A DNA stretch of 64,000 bases from Spirochaetia bacterium (GCA_963666985.2 CAXXIA010000001.1:192001-256000); one strand, 5' to 3'; shown: positions 51,030 through 60,234, counted from the stretch's first letter. Program-made: numbers and translations. Notes: generated by a model from the letters alone, not told the origin.

Positions 51030-52178
51030 ATGATTCATTCTGAGAGCATGCGGATTTACTGCGTTATTATGCGGTGCGGGACAAGTAAGGGCATTTTTCT
51101 TAATGAAAACGACCTGCCGCAAAATCCCGTACAGCGCGACAAAGCTATTTTATCTATTTTTGGAAGCCCCGATCCGCGGCAGATTGATGGACTGGGCGGT
51201 GCTGAAATGCTGACCAGTAAGCTGGGACTTGTTTCAGCGACGACGCGGACGGACGCCGACGTGGAATTTTCCTTCGGCCAGGTTGAGATTGACAAGCCCG
51301 AAATTTTCTATGACGGACTCTGCGGCAATATCGCCTCCGGCGTCGGTACATACGCGATAGGGGAGGGGCTTGTTAAAGCTGTTGAGCCTGTAACAAAGGT
51401 GCGCATATACAGCCGGAATACCGACCAGATTTATGTAACGGAGGTCCCCGTCAAAGACGGGCAGCCGCTTGTTAACGGAGATTATGAAATCGCCGGAGTG
51501 CCGGGAACGGGCGCTCAGATTAAGATTGATATGGCCGGGACCGTCGGATCCAGGACCGGGAGGCTTTTACCGACGGGAAATCCCGTGGATAAGCTGGATA
51601 TTGAAGGATTCGGCCCGCTCGATGTGTCCATGCTGGATGTTGTTAACCCCTGTATTTTTGTGCGGGCTTCGGACATCGGCATGAAGGGCGATGAGAAGCC
51701 GTCGGACGTTGATGGAAACGAAGAGCTGATGCGGCTTATCGATAACATTCGCGTCGCGGCCGTTAAGGCAATGGACCTGAAAGGCTGGGAGCTTAAAAAC
51801 CCGACGCCGTTCGTGGTTTTTGTATCACCGCCGAAAGATTACACGGACCATCTTACAGGCAAGTTGATTAAAGCCGGAGATGTTGATTTCCTCGCGCGGA
51901 TGATCATGTTCCGGAAAATGCATCAGACATACGCCGGCAGTGTGTCCTGCGTTACGGGTATGGCGGGCGTCGTGCCCGGCACGGTCGTGAACGAAATGGC
52001 AAAGCCGGCGGCCGATCGGAAGGTTATCCGAATCGGCCACCCCGCCGGGATTATCGATGTCGAGGCGGAGTGCGACTTCACCGAAGATGGCGTTGTGGCG
52101 CGGCGCGTTGCATATTCGCGAACGGCGCGCCGCATAATGGAAGGGTACGTTTTTGTTCCCAACCGTGTTTTTGAGTAA
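51030..52178 (+). CDS. PrpF-family isomerase (3-methylitaconate isomerase Mii-like)
   Basis: MRCGTSKG, GSPDPRQIDGLGG, LTSK, LCGN, LLPTGN, IGHPAG, RTARRIMEG. Confidence 0.9.
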   Translation: MIHSESMRIYCVIMRCGTSKGIFLNENDLPQNPVQRDKAILSIFGSPDPRQIDGLGGAEMLTSKLGLVSATTRTDADVEFSFGQVEIDKPEIFYDGLCGNIASGVGTYAIGEGLVKAVEPVTKVRIYSRNTDQIYVTEVPVKDGQPLVNGDYEIAGVPGTGAQIKIDMAGTVGSRTGRLLPTGNPVDKLDIEGFGPLDVSMLDVVNPCIFVRASDIGMKGDEKPSDVDGNEELMRLIDNIRVAAVKAMDLKGWELKNPTPFVVFVSPPKDYTDHLTGKLIKAGDVDFLARMIMFRKMHQTYAGSVSCVTGMAGVVPGTVVNEMAKPAADRKVIRIGHPAGIIDVEAECDFTEDGVVARRVAYSRTARRIMEGYVFVPNRVFE

Positions 52179-52196
52179 TCCGGGAGAAAACTGATA

Positions 52197-53462
52197 ATGG
52201 GAATGACGATGTCGGAAAAAATCCTGGCGCGTCATGCGGGTGTATCGGCGGCCGGCGCCGGCGATATTCTCACGTGCCGGGTGGACGTGGCGGCCTGTCA
52301 CGATATGTTCTTCACGGTTGCCGGACAGATTGATTTTGAACGGGTAAATAAAATTGATAATCCCGATAAATGCGTGGTTCTTTTGGACCATGCGGTACCG
52401 GCTCCGACGGGCAGGGACGCGCTCGGAGCCGTCAAAGCCAGAGAGTTTGTAAAAAAGCACGGGATTAAAAATTTTTATGACGTGGGCGAGCATGCCGTTA
52501 TTCACCAATTGCTCGTTGAAAGGGGTTTTGCCGCACCGGGTAAGCTCATCGCGGCCGGTGATTCGCACACATGCGCGGCCGGTGCGATGAATGCGGCAGC
52601 CCGCGGTTTCGGTCCCGCTGAAATGATGTACGTGTGGTGCAAGGGCGAAACGTGGTATCAGGTTAGCCCAACGCTGTTATACAGGCTGCACGGCGGCTTT
52701 TCGAGCCGAGCCGTAACCGGCAAGGATTTATTTTTATATATTGCCGGCGTATACGGCGACGCAACCAACATGAACGTGGAGTTCGGCGGCGAGGGAGTGG
52801 GCAATCTGACCATTCCTCAGCGTCAGAGCGTTGCGACCATGTGCGCGGAAATTAACGCTGAATTTGCTCTTTTTCCCTGCGACGACAGGCTGCGGGATTT
52901 CCTGAAAGAGCGCGGCGACACGGTGATGGACGGAGTTGATGCGGACGCCGATGCCCTCTATCACGATGTTCGGGATATCGACCTTGACAGCCTTGTGCCC
53001 TACATTGCGCTTCCGCATTTTATCCCGAAAAATTGCCGCCCCGTTACCGAGGTTGAGGGCACGGAAATCCATCAGGTTTTGGTAGGCTCATGCTCAAACG
53101 GCCGCATGGAAGATATCGCGCTGATAGCGGATATCGTTAAAGGAAAACATGTTGCCAAGGGAGTGCGTTTCATCGTAACCCCGGCATCGCAGAAAATTTA
53201 TCTTGAAGCGCTCAAGGCCGGATATCTCGAAACGCTCGTCGAAGCGGGCGCTGTTGTTACAAACGCTACCTGCGGAGCATGCTACGGCGGGCACATGGGT
53301 CTGCTCGGCCCCGGCGAGCGCTGTCTTTCCACTACAACAAGAAACTTCAAAGCGCGGATGGGCGACGCCGCCAGTGAGGTGATGCTGTGTTCGCCGGCTA
53401 CCGCCGCGGCATCGGCCCTGACGGGCAGAATCACCGATCCCAGAGAGATTTTGGTTGCATAG
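52197..53462 (+). CDS. Aconitase-family [4Fe-4S] hydratase large subunit (LeuC/DmdA-like)
   Basis: MTMSEKIL, DH, GDSHT, GSCSNGR, TCGACYG, TTRNFKARMG. Confidence 0.9.
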   Translation: MGMTMSEKILARHAGVSAAGAGDILTCRVDVAACHDMFFTVAGQIDFERVNKIDNPDKCVVLLDHAVPAPTGRDALGAVKAREFVKKHGIKNFYDVGEHAVIHQLLVERGFAAPGKLIAAGDSHTCAAGAMNAAARGFGPAEMMYVWCKGETWYQVSPTLLYRLHGGFSSRAVTGKDLFLYIAGVYGDATNMNVEFGGEGVGNLTIPQRQSVATMCAEINAEFALFPCDDRLRDFLKERGDTVMDGVDADADALYHDVRDIDLDSLVPYIALPHFIPKNCRPVTEVEGTEIHQVLVGSCSNGRMEDIALIADIVKGKHVAKGVRFIVTPASQKIYLEALKAGYLETLVEAGAVVTNATCGACYGGHMGLLGPGERCLSTTTRNFKARMGDAASEVMLCSPATAAASALTGRITDPREILVA

Positions 53463-53596
53463 GGTGAAAGGTTTTAGGTCGTGCCGCATTGTTCTGTTTT
53501 TTTCCCGCCTTTGGCGGTAGCCGAAATTGACGGACTACCTCCCATGCCCGGGAGGCTCTCAGGGACTGATTACGTAAGGCGCATGGGAGGCAGTAT

Positions 53597-54088
53597 ATGA
53601 AGATTAAAGGCAGAGTTTGGGTGTTCGGGGATGAAATCAACACCGATCTGATATTCCCCCACAGTGCGTTCCGCGTTTCGCCTGAGGAACAGGCAAAGCT
53701 TGTGTTCAGCGACAACAGACCCGGCTGGTCCTCGCTTGTGGAACCGGGCGATATCCTCATTGCCGGGAAAAACTTCGGTACGGGTTCCAGCAGGCCCGGC
53801 GCCGTACTGCTGCGGCGGTTGGGGCTTGCGGGCATGGCGGCGGACAGCATCAACGGGCTTTTTTACCGCAACGCGATCAGTTACGGCTTTTCGGCGCTGC
53901 AATGTCCCGGTGTGTCCGAGATGTTTGAGGAAGGCGATATCGCGGAAATCGATCTTTTGGCCGGAACGGTTAAAAACGAGCGGACCGGTGAGGTGCGCAC
54001 GGGAAGCAGGCTGTCCGAATCGATGGCCGATATCATTACGGCCGGCGGGATTGAGGAGCTGCTCACTCAGCAAGGTTATATGGAATAG
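53597..54088 (+). CDS. Aconitase-family hydratase small subunit (LeuD/DmdB-like)
   Basis: FGDEINTDLI, AGKNFGTGSSR, FYRNAI. Confidence 0.88.
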   Translation: MKIKGRVWVFGDEINTDLIFPHSAFRVSPEEQAKLVFSDNRPGWSSLVEPGDILIAGKNFGTGSSRPGAVLLRRLGLAGMAADSINGLFYRNAISYGFSALQCPGVSEMFEEGDIAEIDLLAGTVKNERTGEVRTGSRLSESMADIITAGGIEELLTQQGYME

Positions 54089-54149
54089 TGCTTCGTTTCG
54101 CCCGACAAAAAAGGTGCGGCGTAGCGCTTGAAGAGAAGGAGAAGTCCAA

Positions 54150-55034
54150 ATGCTTAAAAATCCAGGAAAAACGCTCAGAGAGCTGCTCGATAAGCCCGGT
54201 ATTATTATGGCACCGGGTGTTTATGACGGCATATCGGCCCGCGTAACGGAACAGGCCGGTTTTAAAGCCGGTTATCTTTCCGGCGCCGGCATCGCCACAA
54301 GCGGTCTCGGGGAGCCGGACATCGGCCTGACGACGATGAGCGATGTGGCAAGCATCGCTCGCACGCTGACGATTAAGGCCGAAATTCCTTATATATGCGA
54401 CGCGGATACCGGTTACGGCAACGCGCTCAATGTCATCCGGACCGTACACGAACTTGAGGCATCGGGCGTCGCGTCGATCCAGCTTGAGGATCAGGTTGCA
54501 CCGAAGCGCTGCGGCCATTTGGCCGGGAAGTCTTGCGTGCCGGCCGAAGAATTTGTTCAGAAAATCCGCGCCGCAAGCCGTGAGCGGTTCTATAAGGACA
54601 CACTGATTACGGCAAGGACCGACGCACGCGCGGTATACAGCCTCGAGGAAGCGATCGAGCGCGGCAAAATGTATATGGATGCCGGCGCGGATATTCTTTT
54701 TATCGAAGCGCCGCAGACGCTCGACGAGGTTGAACTGATCGGTAAAACGTTCGGCCATCAGATACCGCTTCTGGCCAATCAGGTGATCGGCGGAAAAACA
54801 CCCCGCTTAACGGAAAAGGAACTGGAGCAGCTCGGTTTTAAAATCCTGATATTCCCCGATGTGCTCAGCTTCGGCGCCAGCGTTTTGTTCCGTCGGATTC
54901 TCGACAAGGTTTACGCGGAAGGCTGCAGCTGGGACGCCATCCCTGACGCTCCGGACAGCCGCGAGCTGTTCAACACGATGGGAATGGCGGCCTGGCGGGA
55001 GACCGAGCAGCGATATAAGGAAGGCAGCAGATAA
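54150..55034 (+). CDS. Isocitrate lyase/PEP mutase-family C-C lyase (PrpB/2,3-dimethylmalate lyase-like)
   Basis: PGVYD, YLSGA, DADTGYG, LEDQVAPKRCGH, ARTDA. Confidence 0.9.
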   Translation: MLKNPGKTLRELLDKPGIIMAPGVYDGISARVTEQAGFKAGYLSGAGIATSGLGEPDIGLTTMSDVASIARTLTIKAEIPYICDADTGYGNALNVIRTVHELEASGVASIQLEDQVAPKRCGHLAGKSCVPAEEFVQKIRAASRERFYKDTLITARTDARAVYSLEEAIERGKMYMDAGADILFIEAPQTLDEVELIGKTFGHQIPLLANQVIGGKTPRLTEKELEQLGFKILIFPDVLSFGASVLFRRILDKVYAEGCSWDAIPDAPDSRELFNTMGMAAWRETEQRYKEGSR

Positions 55035-55056
55035 TTAAAGTTTCTAGGAGGTTGCT

Positions 55057-55788
55057 ATGTCGATATATAAAATTACACCGCTGCATTTGGGTGATATTAC
55101 TCGCCCGAAATCCAACATGATCCAAGACTACGAGGGAGCGGAGGTTTTGGATTTTCCCCTGATCGCTTACTACCTCGAGGGAGAACATAAGATTCTTGTG
55201 GACACCGGAGGCAGTCACCCCGAAAGCGAGCAGGGGAAAAAGGCGGCGCCCTATAAAAGGCCTCCCGAGCAGGAGCTGGACGCCGCGCTGAAGGCCGTCG
55301 GCGTTGATCCGGCTGATATAGACACGGTGATACTGACGCATCTCCATTGGGACCATGCGGCGAATAATCATCTGCTCCCGAACGCGAAATTAATGTGCCA
55401 GAAGATCGAGTACGAATCATTGTTTGATCCGTACACCCCTAAAAAAGGCTATGACACGGACAGTGTCCTTAAATTCACGTACGAACTGCTGGACGGAGAT
55501 CAAAAGGTTTTTGACGGGGTTTCCGTGATGCTTACGCCAGGCCATACGCTGGGAATGCAGAGCGTTATCGTCGATACCGAAATCGGCAAGGTCGTTTTGA
55601 CGGGCGACATGGTTACTCTCAGGGAGAGCCTCAGCTACGACCCGCCGAGAGCCAATGCCCTTCTCTACGATGATTCGGCTATCGGGATTATGCGGGAAAG
55701 CCTTAAAAAAATACTGCCTATTTCTCGGAATATCCTTCCCGGTCATGATCCGTCCGTATTTTCACCGGGAATGGGCCTGACGAAATAA
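55057..55788 (+). CDS. Metallo-beta-lactamase-fold hydrolase, AHL-lactonase/4-pyridoxolactonase-like
   Basis: ILVDTG, THLHWDH, TPGHT, TGD, PGHD. Confidence 0.85.
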   Translation: MSIYKITPLHLGDITRPKSNMIQDYEGAEVLDFPLIAYYLEGEHKILVDTGGSHPESEQGKKAAPYKRPPEQELDAALKAVGVDPADIDTVILTHLHWDHAANNHLLPNAKLMCQKIEYESLFDPYTPKKGYDTDSVLKFTYELLDGDQKVFDGVSVMLTPGHTLGMQSVIVDTEIGKVVLTGDMVTLRESLSYDPPRANALLYDDSAIGIMRESLKKILPISRNILPGHDPSVFSPGMGLTK

Positions 55789-55840
55789 GCCCGATATCGC
55801 GGCATTTTGCCGACATGACACTGCCGGAGGAGATGATGCC

Positions 55841-56356
55841 ATGAATGAAAAGAAACAAGGAATCAAGGACAGGCCGGCAGAGGAGCTGGGCAGGCATATC
55901 ATCCAGTGGGATCCTGACATATCTTTGTGTACCGGCTGCGGTGCATGCGAGATTGTCTGCAGTCTTATCCACGAAGGTGTCAGCGGGTCACGCTCGCGCC
56001 GTATTTTTTTCGAGCACGACAGTGTTCAGCTGATGCACAAGGTTTATGCCTGCCAACAGTGCCTGGATCATCCGTGCTATAACGCCTGCCCGAAAAAAGA
56101 CAGCGCCATGTGCATCGATCCGGAAACGGACATCGTTTACGTCAATCAGGACGCGTGCATCGGCTGCGGCCTGTGTGTCAGGGCTTGCCCGTTCGAGCCT
56201 AAGCGCCTGCAGCTTAACAGGAATAAAAAGGCCGTAAAGTGCGATTTATGCCGCGGCCGGGAAAACGGACCGGCCTGTATCGAATACTGTCAGTGCCTGG
56301 CTATAGGGATGAGCGATGATGAACCGCCCGTGCCCGGCGTCATCGTAAAGGATTAG
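55841..56356 (+). CDS. 4x[4Fe-4S] electron-transfer subunit (AOR partner) #2
   Basis: CTGCGACEIVC, CQQCLDHPCYNACP, CIGCGLCVRACP, KCDLC..PACIEYC. Confidence 0.9.
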   Translation: MNEKKQGIKDRPAEELGRHIIQWDPDISLCTGCGACEIVCSLIHEGVSGSRSRRIFFEHDSVQLMHKVYACQQCLDHPCYNACPKKDSAMCIDPETDIVYVNQDACIGCGLCVRACPFEPKRLQLNRNKKAVKCDLCRGRENGPACIEYCQCLAIGMSDDEPPVPGVIVKD

Positions 56357-56368
56357 GGGGGCAGCCGT

Positions 56369-58438
56369 ATGTCGGAACAGAATACTTTACCAAGTTACGG
56401 ATATGTCGGAAAAATCGCATGGATTGATCTGACAAGCCGCTCTTTTAACATGATCCCGACAAGCGATTACGCGCCGAAATTTATCGGGGGCCGCGCCATC
56501 GCCACGAAAATATATTGGGATGTCACAAAGCCCGGCATGAAGGCTCTTGATCCTGAAAATCCGCTGATGTTCATGACGGGCCCCGTCGGTGCTACCGGTA
56601 TTCCGACCGGCGGAAGGACGGCCGTGTGCGCCATGGCTCCCAATAATCTGCCCGAACAGTTTTGCTGGGGTAATATCGGCGGCTGGTTCGGCGCAAAGCT
56701 GAAATTTGCCGGTGTTGACGGAATTGTTCTCGTCGGAAAGGCCGATGAACCGGTTTACGTTGTGATCGACGACGGGGAAATCACGTTTCAGGCCGCCGGG
56801 GATCTGTGGGGCACTCTGACGCACGACTGCCAGGAAAAGCTGCGCGCCGTCTACGGAGGTGACTCCGTGAGTGCCGTAATCGGTCCGGCCGGCGAAAATC
56901 TCTGCCGCAACGCCAGCATCAACACCTCAAACGACAACGTGGCGGCCAAGGCGGGCTTCGGCGCGGTGATGGGCTCGAAAAAACTCAAGGCCGTTGTTGT
57001 ACGAGGCACGGGAGATGTTCGCCCCTACAGCGTCGAGCAGGTTTTAAAGCTTCGGAAAACAATGGGCGATCCGCAGCGTAAGGCCAATCCGGTCGAGCAT
57101 CTGGATCGCTGCGCGTTCAGGGCCCATATCAATTTCGAAACACCACCCGGCGCCGTTAAAAAGGCCAATGTGTCGTGCAGTCATGGCTGCAACATGCGCT
57201 GCAGTCTCTTTGTGCTGGATACGAAATCAGCGTTTCCGCGCAAATATACCAATCAGGTGCACAAATGCATCGGAGTTTACGCATTTCAAATGACGGAAGA
57301 CTGCGGTATGTCGCCGACCATGTTTTTCCATACGGAAAAAAATCATAACCAGGCTTGTCTTGGACAGGGAGCCCAGGTTCCGCCGCCGCCGGACACCTCC
57401 GACCCTCATCTGGAGGAGTTGACGACCCGTCGACGCGGCAGCGATATGGACTTCTGGGACGGTGATTACGACCGAGGCAACGTGATCAACGACTTGTGCA
57501 CGCAGTACGGCATCGATAAATGGGACGTTATCGTGTGGCTGATGACCTGGCTTGTGATGGGAAAGCGTACGGGCGTTTTAAAAGATGTGGACCTCGGTAT
57601 GGAGATTGATCCCGGCAGCGAGGAGTTCATGAAACACCTCTTGGAAATAATCACGTACCGAAAGGGCTATTGGGGCAACCTCTTCGCGGAGGGCATGGCC
57701 CGTACGATCCGTACGCTCGGACAGGAAAAGTACGGCGATACGATCTACAAAGGTATCGTATCCAACGTCGTTCCCGGTTTGCAGCTGGATATCCCGATCA
57801 GCTTCGCGTCCTCGTGGGGTCATTCTTTTCACTGGCAGGGGCGCGGCTTCCAAGGCAGCACACCGCCGGGAGGTTATCTTTCGGCGACGCTGATGCTCAT
57901 GACCAACACGCGCGATGCCCAAACGAATTCCCACGTCCACGGGACACTCGATTATATGAAGGAAACGATGGATGCCCATAAAGCGTGTCGGAACAGGAAG
58001 GTCGCCGAAAACGCCTTTATGGGAGAGATCAAAGCGGAAATGAAGGAGTGTGTGACATGCTGCGACCTTCAAAGCCCGCAGATCTACTGGCCGGACATGG
58101 AGTGCCGGATGCTGGAGGCGGCTACCGGCGTCAAAATGTCGGTTGACGAACTGTATCTGGCCTGCGAGCGCTCTAAAAATCTCTTCAGGGCTATTTTAAT
58201 GCGTGATTCCGATCGTTCAAGGGCTCAGGAAGAGCCTGAGGCGTACAGACCTCTGCAATACCCGGACTGTGAAGGACAGGTTGTCGAACCCGAAGAATTT
58301 TCAAGGCTTGTGGACCTGTATTACGACGTGTGGGGATGGGATAAGGAAACCGGCTGGCCTACCCGTGAGACGTGGCTTCGGTGCGGGCTGGAGGATGTGG
58401 CCGAGGAAATGGAAAAAATCGGCAAGCTCCCGTCCTGA
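56369..58438 (+). CDS. Aldehyde:ferredoxin oxidoreductase-family W/Mo enzyme, atypical (YdhV/BamB-like) #2
   Basis: GYVGKIAWIDLT, FIGGR, LKFAGVDG, IGPAGEN, GAVMGSKKLKA, GWDKETGWPT; clear paralog of 43543-45615. Confidence 0.9.
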   Translation: MSEQNTLPSYGYVGKIAWIDLTSRSFNMIPTSDYAPKFIGGRAIATKIYWDVTKPGMKALDPENPLMFMTGPVGATGIPTGGRTAVCAMAPNNLPEQFCWGNIGGWFGAKLKFAGVDGIVLVGKADEPVYVVIDDGEITFQAAGDLWGTLTHDCQEKLRAVYGGDSVSAVIGPAGENLCRNASINTSNDNVAAKAGFGAVMGSKKLKAVVVRGTGDVRPYSVEQVLKLRKTMGDPQRKANPVEHLDRCAFRAHINFETPPGAVKKANVSCSHGCNMRCSLFVLDTKSAFPRKYTNQVHKCIGVYAFQMTEDCGMSPTMFFHTEKNHNQACLGQGAQVPPPPDTSDPHLEELTTRRRGSDMDFWDGDYDRGNVINDLCTQYGIDKWDVIVWLMTWLVMGKRTGVLKDVDLGMEIDPGSEEFMKHLLEIITYRKGYWGNLFAEGMARTIRTLGQEKYGDTIYKGIVSNVVPGLQLDIPISFASSWGHSFHWQGRGFQGSTPPGGYLSATLMLMTNTRDAQTNSHVHGTLDYMKETMDAHKACRNRKVAENAFMGEIKAEMKECVTCCDLQSPQIYWPDMECRMLEAATGVKMSVDELYLACERSKNLFRAILMRDSDRSRAQEEPEAYRPLQYPDCEGQVVEPEEFSRLVDLYYDVWGWDKETGWPTRETWLRCGLEDVAEEMEKIGKLPS

Positions 58439-58486
58439 AAAACCTGAGTTCGAATCATCTGTATCTGTGAAAAAAGGAGACTTGAG

Positions 58487-58795
58487 ATGATATTGCTTCA
58501 TGTGAAATACAAGTTAAAGCCCAATGTGCGCGATGAATTCATCGCCAAGCTGAATAAGCACGACTTGGCCGGCCAGTATAGAAAGTTATCTGGAAATATG
58601 AGTTACGAATACTTTGTCCCGATTGCCGAATCCGACGTTTTGTTCGTAGTCGACGCCTGGAAAGACGAGGCCTCATTCGAAGCCCATCTGACATGCCCGG
58701 CGGCCGACATCCTCGGTCCGCTTAAAAAGGAGTTTGTTCTGGAATCGGAGGTTAAGCGATTCGAGCTCCCGGACAGTCGGTTTCAGACATTGTGA
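58487..58795 (+). CDS. ABM-domain (YgiN/LsrG-like) protein
   Basis: 102 aa; KYKLKP..RDEF, GN.SYEY, DAWKDEASFEAH. Confidence 0.75.
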   Translation: MILLHVKYKLKPNVRDEFIAKLNKHDLAGQYRKLSGNMSYEYFVPIAESDVLFVVDAWKDEASFEAHLTCPAADILGPLKKEFVLESEVKRFELPDSRFQTL

Positions 58796-58851
58796 TTCTT
58801 AGTAAGGCAAACACACGTTCGATGCCCTGATGCTTAATTAATGAGGTGGAT

Positions 58852-60234
58852 ATGTCAGTTGAAGATTTGAGTTACAGCCAAAAAATCGCGCAGTTTTACG
58901 TGAATGCGGACATCGACGCGATTCCGCAGCGCGTTTTCGAACATACGAAGAATGTCATCGCCGACTGGGCCGGATGCGGCATCGGCGGGGCGGATATCGA
59001 ATCGACAAAAATGGTAAAGGAAGTCTTTTTGTCGGATCAGGGTCGACATGAGTGCACTGTGTTCTGCGGCCAGAAAGCCTCTGTGGAGCATGCCGCGTTT
59101 ATCAACGGTGCGGCCAGCCACGGACTGGAAATGGACGATGCAAGCTACGATGCCGGCGGTCATCCGGCCGTTGTTATCCTGCCGGCCGCCATGGCCATGG
59201 CTGAGACTGCGAATTCCAAGGGAAAGGATTTTCTCCTGGCGGTTATCTGGGGCTACGATATGATGACGCGTGTCGGTCGCGGTGTCGTACCGGACAACTG
59301 CTTTGAGCGCGGATGGCATCCCACTGCCGTGTGCGGGATATTCGGGGCGACTGTGGCGGCGGCCTGGCTGTTAAAGCTGGATGCGTTTCAGATTGCCAAT
59401 GCGTTGGGAATCGCCGGCGGTTTTGCATCGGGGAATTTGGAATGTTATGCCGACGGTTCGCTGACAAAACGACTCAATCCCGCCAATGCGGCGATGGGAG
59501 GGGTTAACGCGGCGCGTTTGGCGGCGGCCGGCTATACGGGTCCGAAGTGGGTGTTTGAGGGTAAACACGGATTCTTCCGCTCTTACACGGACAATCCGAC
59601 GCCGGAACGCATGCTTGAAAAGCTGGACACCAGCGAATTCCCCATCGAAATCGCATCTTTCAAGCCGTATGCGTGTTGCCGCTATAATCATGCGCCGATC
59701 GATTCGATCCTGAAAATCATGAGCGATAACAGCCTTAAGGCAGACGATATCGAAAAAATTGTTGTCGATACCTGCAACATGGCCATCAGGGCCGTCGTGG
59801 AACCGGCACAGATTAAGTACAATCCGCCCAACGTGGCTGCGGCGCAGTTCAGTCTGCCGTACACGGCGACATGCGCGGCTCTCTTCGGTGATGTATCCGT
59901 GGAACAGTTTACGGATGAGAAGCTGATCGATCCCTCCGTTAAAGGCTTTATAAACAAGGTTGAGATGGTTCACACCGGCGAGATGGATCAGTATCTGCCG
60001 GATATCTTCGCGGCATTCGTTACGATTCGCACTAAGGACGGCAAGGCTTATACGCAGCTGACGAAGTTCAGTAAGGGCGATCCCGAAAACCCGATGACAA
60101 AGAAGGATATAAAGGAAAAGTTTCTCTCGCTTTCTCAGATGACCGTCAGCGTCAACAAGGCGCGGAAAATTTACGACACGATTATGGACATCGACAATCT
60201 CTCCACGATCAAGGATCTGACAAGGCTTTTATAG
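58852..60234 (+). CDS. MmgE/PrpD-family protein #3
   Basis: SHGLEMDD...GHP, RGWHPT, TKRLNPA, VFEGKHGF, FKPYACC, KGDPENP. Confidence 0.9.
   Translation: MSVEDLSYSQKIAQFYVNADIDAIPQRVFEHTKNVIADWAGCGIGGADIESTKMVKEVFLSDQGRHECTVFCGQKASVEHAAFINGAASHGLEMDDASYDAGGHPAVVILPAAMAMAETANSKGKDFLLAVIWGYDMMTRVGRGVVPDNCFERGWHPTAVCGIFGATVAAAWLLKLDAFQIANALGIAGGFASGNLECYADGSLTKRLNPANAAMGGVNAARLAAAGYTGPKWVFEGKHGFFRSYTDNPTPERMLEKLDTSEFPIEIASFKPYACCRYNHAPIDSILKIMSDNSLKADDIEKIVVDTCNMAIRAVVEPAQIKYNPPNVAAAQFSLPYTATCAALFGDVSVEQFTDEKLIDPSVKGFINKVEMVHTGEMDQYLPDIFAAFVTIRTKDGKAYTQLTKFSKGDPENPMTKKDIKEKFLSLSQMTVSVNKARKIYDTIMDIDNLSTIKDLTRLL

Noticed and set aside
53520..53565. Glycine-riboswitch-like words (GCCGAA, CTCTCAGG)
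   Set aside because: GGAGA element and aptamer stems are not present; context is not glycine metabolism
49548..55034. Standard 2-methylcitrate cycle or leucine biosynthesis
   Set aside because: No methylcitrate synthase, AcnD, LeuA or LeuB in the window, and motifs deviate, so prp/leu symbols were not assigned
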